From positions 32,001 to 96,000 of the forward strand of contig CAVRJM010000001.1 in NCBI GenBank assembly GCA_963722075.1: 64,000 nt of DNA, in the 5' to 3' direction. Made by a program: the position numbers and the translations under genes. Each line of letters begins with the position of its first letter. Within the stretch, counting starts at the first letter, position 1. The notes below the pieces were generated by a model that saw only the letters and a program-made list of their open reading frames with translations, had not been told where the DNA came from and searched no databases. This document shows positions 28,701 through 38,600 of the stretch, one piece after another. Origin of the DNA: Candidatus Babeliales bacterium (GTDB lineage Bacteria > Babelota > Babeliae > Babelales > JANWKD01).

Positions 28701-30150
28701 CGGTGTTCTTGATCTGAGTCAATTTACCACCCCAAGTCAGATTATTGAATTTACGGGCCAGGTTCGTTTAGTATGTGAACCGGGCGCACGTATTATCCTT
28801 AATGGCGGTATCATGCGCTTCAGTGGTCAAGCAGAATGGTTCTTAGAACCAGAATTTGATACGCAAGTAATGGCCTTACCTGCAGTCAATGTTAATAGCA
28901 CGGATAATGTCCGCGTAAAACTAAGTGGTACCGGTATCATTGAAATGATTGAAGACTCATCAATGTTTATTGGGCAAAATGCATTCTTTGGTGTTGAGAC
29001 CTTCCCTACCTGTACACCAATCACTAATATATTGTGGGTTCTTAATAATAGCGCGAGCATTCAGATAGGGAATATTTCTAACCCAGGTGGTGCTTTCCAA
29101 GTAGGAGACACCGTTGTTACTTCTCCGGCACAATCAATTTCATTGCAACTTGAATTAAGTGGTCAAGGAGCGTTATTTGAAATTAATCAAAACGGATTCT
29201 TTGGATTAGGTGTAGGTATTGTTCAAAAACTACCTAATGACAATCCTAATACTTGGTTGGTTGGCTGCTTATCAAATGTTACTACGGTTTCCTTGGTAGT
29301 AGGTGGGCCATTTGGTATTACCGGTGCTTCACCGGGCGGAACCTTCAGCCATAATCAAATTGCACCAGGAAATTTCCCTGAAGCTTCGTTATTGGCTATT
29401 GGTTCAACGGGCAGCTATACGTTTGCATTTAATCCTGCTAACTCGGTAATTCTTGGTGGTGGTAACATGGTTCAAATTAACTGTGCACCAACCGAAGTTA
29501 TCAGATTAATTGAGAAGACAAAACGCGGCGTAATTAATGATGAAGAGCGAAATAAATTGCATAAAGAGCTTCTTCAATTATTAATATTGAACCCATTAAC
29601 GCCAATACAGATCAATAATTTGAGCTCTAATCAGGTTCAACTGCCGGTAATCACCATCGATTCTGCTAGTTTAAATGATTTGCTTAATTGCTTAAACGAT
29701 CAGGATTTAAACATTGAAGGACTTAATAGCTTTGTACAACCAACGGCGCTGAATCCAACGGTGACAACATTTGCTGGTAGCACACAAGGTGGATTAGTTC
29801 AAACTGGTATTTTGGCTGGTAAATTCTTATTGCAAGATCGTGGTAAACCAGCACAACCGACAGGGGTTTCAGCATCGGCACTATTTAACTATTTAAGTAC
29901 GGTGAATTATTTCCTTAACTTCTCGCCTAAATCTAATTTAAATTCTAATGCACTTAATCAAACAAATATGGGATTTGTAGTTAATTCCACCATTCGTCGT
30001 GATGAAGATCCAGTAATAAGAGGATCATCAGGTACTAACGTTGTGACTGCAACTCACTCATTAGATATTGGTGCGGTAGCATTTAAGCTCGATCCGGTTT
30101 CTCTTGCAAAGGTAAGTGTGCGTGAGATTTTAGGTTCCAGTAGTTTTTAG
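25735..30150 (+). CDS. Giant secreted Cys/Gly/Thr-rich beta-rich protein of unknown function
   Basis: 1471 aa, signal peptide ending LYA, short beta-strand pattern, scattered Cys and CC. Confidence 0.85.
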   Translation: MRKNVLLHCLALIFLVGLSISGPRLYAAPCGTTVNWHNLSDTGCGSGTTDPGITMNVIDQNIDVIGTNALVGGIHVEARTCDITISVTNGDAIITGTGNRCDGVSTAPAMLYLFAALGRTISFNLENNLAFTGTASNGVPLDLLVTASGGGTIQFILHDGKSVSFTALNAGDGGTFFIEGMTTPPTTTVIFENSSFVTTSHHHAQVIVGPRSFMGFASQIGVGSAFASLIFKSSPFRGLRLVIENGGGLNIAGFAADLTLPDFSIGDIDFSMPTNATPNFVVESLFLGDGAKIPGDGANVQIVNNNQQDCQQLLYNPFCQSTPYTGVLSGFVLTAPSTITVNDQSYIEYIGTATNTCCTFTLYDECGVPMTMQRLRNASALIVDSPSIDLPASIILNGSSAFYFVSGVSNCGTVSYDFTVNTSILSDCAGNIVLDVAGPLSIFGSSPDETTVEILSLQVAPTGCPVTVDSTLSDSNFPRRTFARQPDGHYVQYNLGAFLISSQLSFFDTSLDHTDTIHKVYEHFNLGNPNLFSEPTYIGSDSYLFPCHAGEPRPTISFVNSKFRVHNSVASTGVDFLFPNEVDLGNTSSLIFYNNGFCIDKGYGRNMILGTDICFEPCITTTDMDSHLNVFQTSADAGASNLNLWLITGFNTNCITQGIPSQAAIAGQNAVQTIFLNNGSNFSIGTNGSVGIDPTTGTPFVLTVTANVLIDGSYYSFDTRGGVLAFPQSVSTTGQGGIFVDMLGVLSLLNNRIASFGTMVTKSRNGVVNLPSNQAFFEPRVGIAEWQPNLSDPVQRLLVAPGQSLSDYTLDWGAAMKTYCCNDFCVTPYCFIPYTIEEVPAPCAAPAVTQNNLVNLPTVQGEVDQMQILRSRMGDFVHLLVDGGFIRELIFLHGFNTAEGPFGFIVMQNDSLVGLGTSHKDVDSLEASIVLGVNGVMLVPNGNANIELNEDIIINNVCHILSGTAFGLNGPNVLSISSTTPKELRIKSTGVLDLSQFTTPSQIIEFTGQVRLVCEPGARIILNGGIMRFSGQAEWFLEPEFDTQVMALPAVNVNSTDNVRVKLSGTGIIEMIEDSSMFIGQNAFFGVETFPTCTPITNILWVLNNSASIQIGNISNPGGAFQVGDTVVTSPAQSISLQLELSGQGALFEINQNGFFGLGVGIVQKLPNDNPNTWLVGCLSNVTTVSLVVGGPFGITGASPGGTFSHNQIAPGNFPEASLLAIGSTGSYTFAFNPANSVILGGGNMVQINCAPTEVIRLIEKTKRGVINDEERNKLHKELLQLLILNPLTPIQINNLSSNQVQLPVITIDSASLNDLLNCLNDQDLNIEGLNSFVQPTALNPTVTTFAGSTQGGLVQTGILAGKFLLQDRGKPAQPTGVSASALFNYLSTVNYFLNFSPKSNLNSNALNQTNMGFVVNSTIRRDEDPVIRGSSGTNVVTATHSLDIGAVAFKLDPVSLAKVSVREILGSSSF

Positions 30151-30158
30151 TTTAGCTA

Positions 30159-30199
30159 ATTTTACGAAAGCCATGTGTTTTACATGGCTTTCGTAAAAT
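30159..30199. terminator. Perfect 18-bp stem hairpin between co-oriented genes
   Basis: attttacgaaagccatgt-gtttt-acatggctttcgtaaaat. Confidence 0.7.
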
Positions 30200-30223
30200 A
30201 ATTGATATGTTAAAAGGAGCAAT

Positions 30224-32041
30224 ATGAATAAACGAAATCTTAAAATTCTTGCACTCCTTATCCTGGGTGTTACCGGGGTGAAGGCAGTGATTGATGAATT
30301 TAGAACGCCTATCCCATTGGAGCGTGGATATGCTTTTAGCCATTATCCATTTGCACGTCCTGATTATGGTGATTGCAAAAATTGGTATTTAGATATATGG
30401 GGTGCTGGATGGCATAAAAATGCTAATTTTGCATTCCCTGATAAGGATACTACAAGTAAAGTTTCCCTTTCAAATCTTTTCTTTGGCGCGCCTTCATTTA
30501 CGCTAGCACAAATAGTTACGCCAGGAACGTTGCCTCCTGCTTATTCATTATTAAGTCTGACATCGCTTACGCCAACATTTGATTATAATGAAATTGGCGC
30601 TATTTTTGGTGTTAATTTAGAAACAGTTTTTGGTTGTGATTGTCAATGGCATGCCGGGGTTCGTGCCCGTGTTCCTTTTCGTTCTTTAAAGACGGCACTT
30701 AATAGTTGTTGTGCCCTTGAAGAAAGCACTTCAATTACCGATCTATATGTTCTCGATAATGAACGTGTAAACTGTCCAACTTGTAATGTTGATGTTCCAG
30801 TAGGTATGGAAGAAACGGTTCAAGATGTTTTTGCCATTCGACTCGATTTAGCCTCAGCATTATTTGAGCAGCAATCGGGTGTTCCACCTTTAACTCAATT
30901 ATTAGTATATGGTAACGGAACTACGACACCGCCACCGGTGGGCGATACAGAGATGTTTGGTATTGATATTACCAACGTAAGCCCTGGATTAACGCCAGTT
31001 TATCTTATAGAAAGTGATGGTGGTGGCATACCAACGCCTCCTTTTGGTTTAATACAACCAGATGTTGCAGACTTACCAATGTTACCACTAAGTGGTGTTG
31101 GTGCTGGTACAGGAAGTAGGTATGTATTTGAAGCTGTCGCGCCTTATGCCGGTAGTCCGATAGCAACAAATCCAGCGTTGCAAAAGAACTTCTGGATTGC
31201 TCCTGCTATCAATAATAGCGCTGCTGATCCTGATCTAGATTTAGTAGATGATGCTGATACGATTAGAAATGAACTTAATACATTACTACAATTTCACCAA
31301 ATTAATAATATATCCGGTCTTGCGTTGTTAAGTAGCGGTACTAATGCTGTTAGCTTTGACACTATCGAAAATAACGGCCTTGGTAATTTTGATCTTGAAT
31401 TCTATCTTCGCCATGATTTATGCGATTGCTGCGTAGGTCATTTATTTGCAGAAGGTATTATTGGTGCACGTTTCCCAACTGACACACGCGTAACCGCAAC
31501 AAATAATTTATTATTAGTGCCTACCGGCAATAATAAACATTACGAAGCTAAGATTGGTGGTTTTGTAGGCTGGAGCCCTATTGAATGGTTTGCGGTAAAA
31601 GCTGACGCGTGGTATTATTGGGTGCTTTCAAAAAAAGAAACAGTACCTGCACCATTTATGGGCGCTACCGTTGCTAATATTGGGCCTGGCGTTCCTGCTA
31701 AAGTGAGATGGAGTTACTTCATTGGTGATATTGATTTCACGTTCTTAATTCCGTGTCTTGATTCGTATGTTGGATTCGATGTTGGTTATCAGGCATGGGT
31801 AAAACAAAAAACTCATGTAGATCTCAGTGTCAGTTCAGCTACAAGCTTCTTTGGTACTGTATTACCGCTTGATGCAACTATTCTTGAAAATAATACAAAA
31901 CGTGTTGCACATACTATCAAAGCAGAAATATTTAGACAAACATGTGATTGGCAAATTTATGCTGGTTGGAATCATGCCGTTGCAGGTAAAAATGCATTGA
32001 ATGATTCAGATTGGTATTTAGGATTAGAAGTCTATTTCTAA
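30224..32041 (+). CDS. Secreted protein, putative outer-membrane beta-barrel
   Basis: Signal peptide (VKA), amphipathic strands, C-terminal WYLGLEVYF beta-signal-like end, AGGAG SD. Confidence 0.75.
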   Translation: MNKRNLKILALLILGVTGVKAVIDEFRTPIPLERGYAFSHYPFARPDYGDCKNWYLDIWGAGWHKNANFAFPDKDTTSKVSLSNLFFGAPSFTLAQIVTPGTLPPAYSLLSLTSLTPTFDYNEIGAIFGVNLETVFGCDCQWHAGVRARVPFRSLKTALNSCCALEESTSITDLYVLDNERVNCPTCNVDVPVGMEETVQDVFAIRLDLASALFEQQSGVPPLTQLLVYGNGTTTPPPVGDTEMFGIDITNVSPGLTPVYLIESDGGGIPTPPFGLIQPDVADLPMLPLSGVGAGTGSRYVFEAVAPYAGSPIATNPALQKNFWIAPAINNSAADPDLDLVDDADTIRNELNTLLQFHQINNISGLALLSSGTNAVSFDTIENNGLGNFDLEFYLRHDLCDCCVGHLFAEGIIGARFPTDTRVTATNNLLLVPTGNNKHYEAKIGGFVGWSPIEWFAVKADAWYYWVLSKKETVPAPFMGATVANIGPGVPAKVRWSYFIGDIDFTFLIPCLDSYVGFDVGYQAWVKQKTHVDLSVSSATSFFGTVLPLDATILENNTKRVAHTIKAEIFRQTCDWQIYAGWNHAVAGKNALNDSDWYLGLEVYF

Positions 32042-32064
32042 AAGTAAAAGGATAATAATATTTA

Positions 32065-32104
32065 AGATGTCATCCTGAGGAGTATAAGACTTAGGATGAC
32101 ATCT
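32065..32104. terminator. Hairpin related to the palindromic element arms
   Basis: agatgtcatcctgag-N10-cttaggatgacatct. Confidence 0.55.
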
Positions 32105-32113
32105 AAGGCGAAC

Positions 32114-32210
32114 ATGTCATCACGAGACCCTTTATGGGGTCGTGGTGATCCAACAATAAAAAATTGTCTTAATTTTATTAATGGATCCCCACGCAAGCTC
32201 GGGATGACAT
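32114..32210. repeat. Complete palindromic element (RPE/MITE-like)
   Basis: Outer IR atgtcatcacgag/ctcgggatgacat and inner IR cgtggtgatcca/tggatccccacg; partial copies at 3357, 40362, 56587. Confidence 0.75.
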
Positions 32211-32253
32211 TTTGTTTTTCACGACATTTTTTTATAATTAACAAAATTGTTCA

Positions 32254-32801
32254 TTAAATTTTTTCAACAAAGTTTGGTATACAGGACCAGCTTACAATAT
32301 TGCCTTTTGAACGATGTTGATTCTCTTTTCCTCCATAAATAATATAACTATCTTTTGGGTTTGCTTGAGCTAAATTATTCCAATATTCAAGTCCCTTAAA
32401 AAAACTCATATCAATTGTTTCGGATGATTTAATTTCTATAGGAATTAGTTTAATGCTCATATCAATAACGCAATCGACTTCATGACCGTGGCTATCATGC
32501 CAAAAATATATACTTGGTTGCTGAGCTTGATTATAAAATGATTTAAAAAGATCAGCGATGATCATTGATTCAAATAAACCGCCGCGTAAATAGTGCATAG
32601 AAAGCATTTGGGGCGATTTCTTTTATGTTCATCGATTTCAGTTTGGACATATGATAAAAGATCTGGAACATGTTGGATTTCATCCAAAATTAAACCATAT
32701 TCATTTTTATTATCGCGCAAAAATGCACGCGGGTCAGTTTGGGCAAATATTCGTTGATCAATTTCTTCAAAACTGATGTAGCGATGGTTGGGAAATACCA
32801 T
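32254..32801 (-). pseudogene. AAA-14/DUF4143 ATPase remnant with N-terminal and internal deletions
   Basis: Fragments LILDEIQHVPDLLSYVQ and GGLFES...YFWHD..GHEVD...IPIEIK; no Walker A, middle missing. Confidence 0.8.
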
Positions 32802-32993
32802 TTTTTCTCAAAACAGCTTAAAAGTTGTACAATTTATAACGTCAACCTATTAAATTACACAATTTTACCTATTTTTTTTTACTTATTGTTAACAAAATTG
32901 TTCAATCGATGCAATACTCGCTGAAGAAGTAATAGATGTAAGTAATCCTAGATTTTGCCTGGTAAGGGTAAGTGAATCACCCGGATAACATTA

Positions 32994-34241
32994 CTAAAAA
33001 CGCTCTTCCCATGCTAAAAACCCCATTTGCGTTTGAGATCCCGGTGATATGCCAAATGCCGTTACCGTTAATGTATCACCGGGATACAAATATACCGTTA
33101 AATTATTTTCAGGAATAAACGTATTATAAGGGGTAAAGTTAGTATCAAAAAAATTATATAATTCAGTTCCGGTTCCAACGGTATATGTTCCGGTGCTGCT
33201 TGATAGAACTACCGAATTGACGCTATCAACATTAGTAAAAGTTGTTCCGGTAATAACGGCATTTCTAAGTAATCTAAAACTGGTAACAGTATCGCCTGTT
33301 ACGGCTGATCCCATGGATACAAAGGAGATGCGCACAATAACTTTATTTGGTTTCCCTTGATAAGTAAGTTGGTTTTGAATGGCAAAAATGAATGTTTCTG
33401 TTGCATTTATCAGATTTATTGGAGTAAATTGCCCAGCGGTAAAGAATCTACTTTGAGCAACACTTGGTTCAGCAACAATACCGGCATTCCAACCGGCAGT
33501 GGCAACTGTTACATTCGTTGTAGAACCGGTTGATTTAACTTGAGCGGTCATGGGTAGAATAGGATTGCCAAAAGAAGGATTGGGGTTGACGTTAGTATTA
33601 TTTATCTGATGGAACGTAATCCAGGTGCCATTAGTATTTAAAATTTGGAAGGTAATCTGCATGCCGCCAGTCCACCCATAATCAATTCTGAATACGTTTA
33701 TATCTGCAGTATTGATGGTAAATCCGCTTGCTCCAGTACCATTCAATTTATCCATATTGAATGCTGATTGTGGGATGATAGTATCAACTGCATTTTGTCT
33801 AAATAAGATTGAAAATGTTGTGCCATTAAATCCAACTGCAGCGCCATCATTAGCATCAAACACTCCAATCCATTGTGTTGAGTTAGCGGCTGAACCTGCT
33901 GGCCACATGGCAGAAAAGAATGTATAACCATCATGGCCGGCCATATATTTAAGATATTTTTTGCTTTGTAATTGCGCAAAAGCGGTTGCTCCTGTTCCAG
34001 AGGAGACGATTGCCATGCTGGTAAATGATTGAACAAGGCCTGATGAAAAGGTTGAGGTGGTAATATCGTACGTTGTTACACCATACTCAAATAAATCACT
34101 GACTTGATCAAATCTATCTTCTACGATGGTATCACCAAAAATACTGATAAATCCTGAACTTTCAAGACATAAGATAGGGGTGGGTAAAATCAACCATAAT
34201 AAAATTACATATTTAAAAGTACTATATATTTTTTTGCCCAT
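32994..34241 (-). CDS. Secreted head-only protein (phage-virion-like domain)
   Basis: Signal peptide then QSKKYLKY..GH, DKLNGTGASG, FRIDYGW, WEERF; closely similar to the C-terminus of the 35687 gene; alternative start 34271. Confidence 0.8.
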   Translation of the reverse strand: MGKKIYSTFKYVILLWLILPTPILCLESSGFISIFGDTIVEDRFDQVSDLFEYGVTTYDITTSTFSSGLVQSFTSMAIVSSGTGATAFAQLQSKKYLKYMAGHDGYTFFSAMWPAGSAANSTQWIGVFDANDGAAVGFNGTTFSILFRQNAVDTIIPQSAFNMDKLNGTGASGFTINTADINVFRIDYGWTGGMQITFQILNTNGTWITFHQINNTNVNPNPSFGNPILPMTAQVKSTGSTTNVTVATAGWNAGIVAEPSVAQSRFFTAGQFTPINLINATETFIFAIQNQLTYQGKPNKVIVRISFVSMGSAVTGDTVTSFRLLRNAVITGTTFTNVDSVNSVVLSSSTGTYTVGTGTELYNFFDTNFTPYNTFIPENNLTVYLYPGDTLTVTAFGISPGSQTQMGFLAWEERF

Positions 34242-34315
34242 AGATTGCCCTTTAATGAACTGCTCCGCCATAATACACGAAATAAATTTGCCACACCTTT
34301 GAATCAGTATCCTAT

Positions 34316-35653
34316 TTATGGAATTGAAACATTTTGAAAGGTAAATGGACTTGATGTATTAAATGTTGCTAATGTTCCTACATAAATTGGAATAACGGTA
34401 GCGCCAGGACTGTAATTGGTTCCATTTTTTATGGCAATATTTGAAACTATGTTATTAGTTGTTGCAGCACCAGCATTATCAAATAATCCAAAGGTGATAG
34501 GGCCACCAACATTATAACCGATCGTATTATTGGTGATATTTGAGGTGGTGGTATTATTAAGATCTATGCCAAAAGACGTATTAGTGAGACCAGTATTTCC
34601 GCGTATATCACAATTTTCAATAGCGCTGAAATCCAAAGAATTGAAAAATACACCATACCCATTATTGGCACCGCCATTTCCTTTTGCTATACAGGTGTGC
34701 AGCTCTATTAAAAGCCCATTACTTGCCGAAAATCCTAAACCATCTAACGCACTACTATTGTTACCATTTCCTTGGCAGCTTATATATTGAATGCCATTGC
34801 CATTATTGGTATAAAATCCGCAGGTAGAAAAGGTGCCAGCATTATCGACAGAAATACATGAATCACATGCAATATTATTTGATGAATCAAATCCAAAGCC
34901 AACCATTAATGAATTTGGATTTGAACTGGTATTACTGTTGTTTAGAGAGAAAGAATTTTGGATGATGCAATCTTTAGAATTGAGTAAATATATTCCCGCT
35001 GTTAAAAGGCCCCCGCCAACATTATCGTTTGCAACAAGGTCATTTATTATAATCGCATTGCAATTTTCAAGTTGTATTCCGACACAATTTCCTGAAGAGG
35101 TTTGAATATTATGCACTAATGACTCATTAGTTATAGTTGCTGAATCAACATTTTTTAATAATATGCCATATGCGGGATCTCCCGAAAAATTCATAATGCT
35201 TTCTGAAGTAACGTTATCGAGAAAAAGATTGGTTATTGGATCTGAGGCATTTCCATCGGCTATAACGCCTGCATTTTCAACTGCATTAATAACTAAATTG
35301 GTTAAATAAATACTATCATTAGGCGCCTGTATTTGAATTCCATAGCTGGTCATATCAGTAATAACGCCATTGTTAATGGTAATATTATTGATTCCAGGAT
35401 TGATTTGTATTCCAACGACATCTGGTTGCTCGAATCCGGCAACTTGGTTAATAGAGAACCCATTCATTTCTATCATGACATTATCAGAGTTAACTACAAC
35501 ACATGCTTGTCCTGATGAAGTTAATGCAAATTCCATTGAGCCAGCTAATGAAAATAACCCTGGCGAATTGATTATTACCGGTTCAGTATTTACGCTCTGC
35601 AGTAAGCGCGGGAAGATTAATGTTAAAAATAAGACAAAACTTTTTTTGTTCAT
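34316..35653 (-). CDS. Secreted right-handed beta-helix (pectin-lyase-like fold) protein
   Basis: IINSPG.F.L, NVMIEMNGFSI, NITINNGVI, Asn/Cys ladder repeats. Confidence 0.85.
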   Translation of the reverse strand: MNKKSFVLFLTLIFPRLLQSVNTEPVIINSPGLFSLAGSMEFALTSSGQACVVVNSDNVMIEMNGFSINQVAGFEQPDVVGIQINPGINNITINNGVITDMTSYGIQIQAPNDSIYLTNLVINAVENAGVIADGNASDPITNLFLDNVTSESIMNFSGDPAYGILLKNVDSATITNESLVHNIQTSSGNCVGIQLENCNAIIINDLVANDNVGGGLLTAGIYLLNSKDCIIQNSFSLNNSNTSSNPNSLMVGFGFDSSNNIACDSCISVDNAGTFSTCGFYTNNGNGIQYISCQGNGNNSSALDGLGFSASNGLLIELHTCIAKGNGGANNGYGVFFNSLDFSAIENCDIRGNTGLTNTSFGIDLNNTTTSNITNNTIGYNVGGPITFGLFDNAGAATTNNIVSNIAIKNGTNYSPGATVIPIYVGTLATFNTSSPFTFQNVSIP

Positions 35654-35686
35654 AATATTTTTCCTTTTTTAATAATAAAAATACAA

Positions 35687-38600
35687 TTAAAAACGTTCTT
35701 CCCAAGCTAATATACCAATTACCAGCTGGCCACCACCTTGAATGTTGATACCTGTTATGGTTAAAGTTTCACCAGGATAAAGATATAAGAGCAAATCTTG
35801 TTCGGGGACAAAGGTATTATAAGGAACTGAGTTAGCATTCATAAAGGTAAACATATTTGTTCCTGATGCAGCCAATCCCCCTGACGTAGTCAACGTTCCT
35901 GCCGTACTGATTTGCATTACAGAATTTACTGTATCAACATCCGTAAAAGAAGTGCCGGTAATACTTGCATTTCGTAGTAATCTAAATAGCGTTACGGTTC
36001 CTCCCGTGACGCCCACGCCAGCTGAAACAAAGGATATACGAACAATAACTTTATTTGGTTTGGTTTGATAGGTAGATTTATTTTGGAATGCTACCACAAA
36101 AGTTTCAGTTCCATTATCGGCAATGGCTGTTCGCGTAAGTTGCCCTGCCGTAAAGAACCTACTTTGAGCAACACTTGGTTCAGCAACAATTCCTGCATTC
36201 CAACCAGCGGTAGCAATAGTTACATTCGTTGTAGAACCGGTCGATTTAACTTGAGCGGTCATGGGTAAAATAGGATTACCAAAAGAAGGATTCGGATTTA
36301 CATTGGTATTATTTATTTGATGGAAGGTGATCCATGAGCCATTGGTATTTAAAATTTGGAAGGTAATTTGGGTACCGCCTGTCCAGCCATAATCAATTCT
36401 GAATACGTTTAAATCTGCAGTATTGATGGTAAATCCGCTTGCTCCAGTACCATTCAATTTATCCATGTTGAATGATGATTGTGGAATTATAGTATCTACC
36501 GCATTTTGCCTAAATAAAATTGAGAATGTTGTGCCATTAAATCCAACAGCAGCGCCATCATTAGCATCAAACACGCCGATCCATTGTGTGGAGTTAGCAG
36601 AAGATCCTGCTGGCCACATAGCAGAAAAGAAAGCGTATCCATCGTGACCTGCCATATATTTAAGATATTTTTTGCTTTGTAGTTGAGCAAAAGCGGTGGC
36701 ACCGGTACCTGATGAAACAATAGCCATGCTCGTGAATGATTGAACAAGCCCTGATGAGAAGACTGATGTAGTAATGTCATATGTTGGTACACCATATTCA
36801 AATAGATCACTAACTTGATCTGTTCTATCTGATACAATAGCATCTCCAAAGCCAGAGGTAAATCCTGAGCTACCGCTGGTTGTACTGCTACATACTAAAT
36901 GGGCCAGAATAGTGAACGTGGCATTAAAGCCGGCAGCGAGTGCGGTGAAGGTACCATTAAAGTCAGTATTAAGGAGAGTGAAAACGCCATTAAAATCATT
37001 AGTTAAATTAGCACAGCAGGTGGTTAAGCTATTATTAATGGAATTAAGAACGGTAAAGGTACCGTTGAATTCTGAATTGATCAATGTAAAGGTACTGTTA
37101 AAACCGGTAGCAATAGCCGTGAAAGTACCATTAAATTCATTGGTAATGTTAGCGCAACAAGTGGTGAGAGTATTGTTAATAGAATTTAATACCGTAAAGG
37201 TGCCGCAGCATCATTATTAATTGAGGTTACTGAAGAAAGTATTGAATTTAATACCGTGAACGTACCGTTAAAATCATTGGTTAAATTAGCGCAGCACGTA
37301 GTCAATGTATTATTAATTGAATTGAGAACGGTGAATGTGCCATTAAATTCAGTACTAAGTACCGTAAATACAGGTGATAAATTAACGTTCACATTAGAAA
37401 GAGCGGTGAAGACGCCATTAAAATCAGTACTGAGCACAGTAAATACGCCATTAAAGTCGTTAGTTAAATTAGCGCAGCAGGTGGTTAAGCTATTGTTGAT
37501 AGAATTAAGAACGGTGAAGGTACCATTGAATTCTGAGTTTATTAACGTGAAGGTACCATTAAAGCCAGTAGCAATAGCCGTGAAGGTACCATTAAATTCG
37601 TTGGTAATATTGGCACAGCACGTGGTGAGGGTGTTGTTAATAGAATTTAATACCGTAAAGGTGCCCGCAGCATCATTATTAATTGAGGTTACTGAAGAAA
37701 GTATTGAATTTAATACCGTGAAAGTACCACCAAAGTCAGTATTAAGGAGAGTAAATACACCATTAAAATCATTAGTTAAATTAGCACAGCAGGTGGTTAA
37801 GCTATTATTAATTGAATTAAGAACAGTGAAGGTGCCGTTGAATTCTGAATTGATTAAGGTAAATGTACCATTAAAGCCATTACTAAGAACCGTGAAAGTT
37901 CCATTAAATTCATTGGTAATGTTAGCGCAGCACGTGGTGAGGGTATTATTAATAGAATTGAGAACAGTAAAGGTACCAGCAGCATCATTATTAATTGAGG
38001 TTACTGAAGAAAGTATTGAATTTAATACCGTGAAAGTACCACCAAAGTCAGTATTAAGGAGAGTAAATACACCATTAAAATCATTAGTTAAATTAACGCA
38101 GCAGGTGGTTAGGCTATTATTAATGGAGTTAAGGACAGTAAAGGTGCCGTTGAATTCTGAATTGATTAAGGTAAATGTACCATTAAAGCCATTACTAAGA
38201 ACCGTGAAAGTTCCATTAAATTCATTGGTAATGTTAGCGCAGCACGTGGTGAGGGTATTGTTAATAGAATTGAGAACGGTAAATGTGCCAGCAGCTTCAT
38301 TATTAATTGAAGTTACTGATGGAAAGTATTGAATTTAATACGGTGAACGTACCACCAAAATCAGTATTAAGGAGGGTGAAAACGCCATTAAAGTCATTAG
38401 TTAAATTAGCGCAGCAGGTGGTTAAGCTATTATTAATGGAGTTAAGGACAGTAAAGGTGCCGTTGAACTCAGTGTTTAATAATGTGAAGGTACCATTAAA
38501 TTCGTTGGTAATATTGGCACAGCACGTGGTGAGGGTGTTGTTAATAGAATTTAATACCGTAAAGGTGCCCGCAGCATCATTATTAATTGAGGTTACTGAT

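Noticed and set aside
32062..32244. 60-aa ORF (VIPSLRGDP...)
   Set aside because: Translation of the palindromic element
32994..36900. Duplicated head sequences as a possible DGR template/variable repeat pair
   Set aside because: Differences are not adenine-specific and include indels and synonymous changes; both copies are coding; no reverse transcriptase in the window
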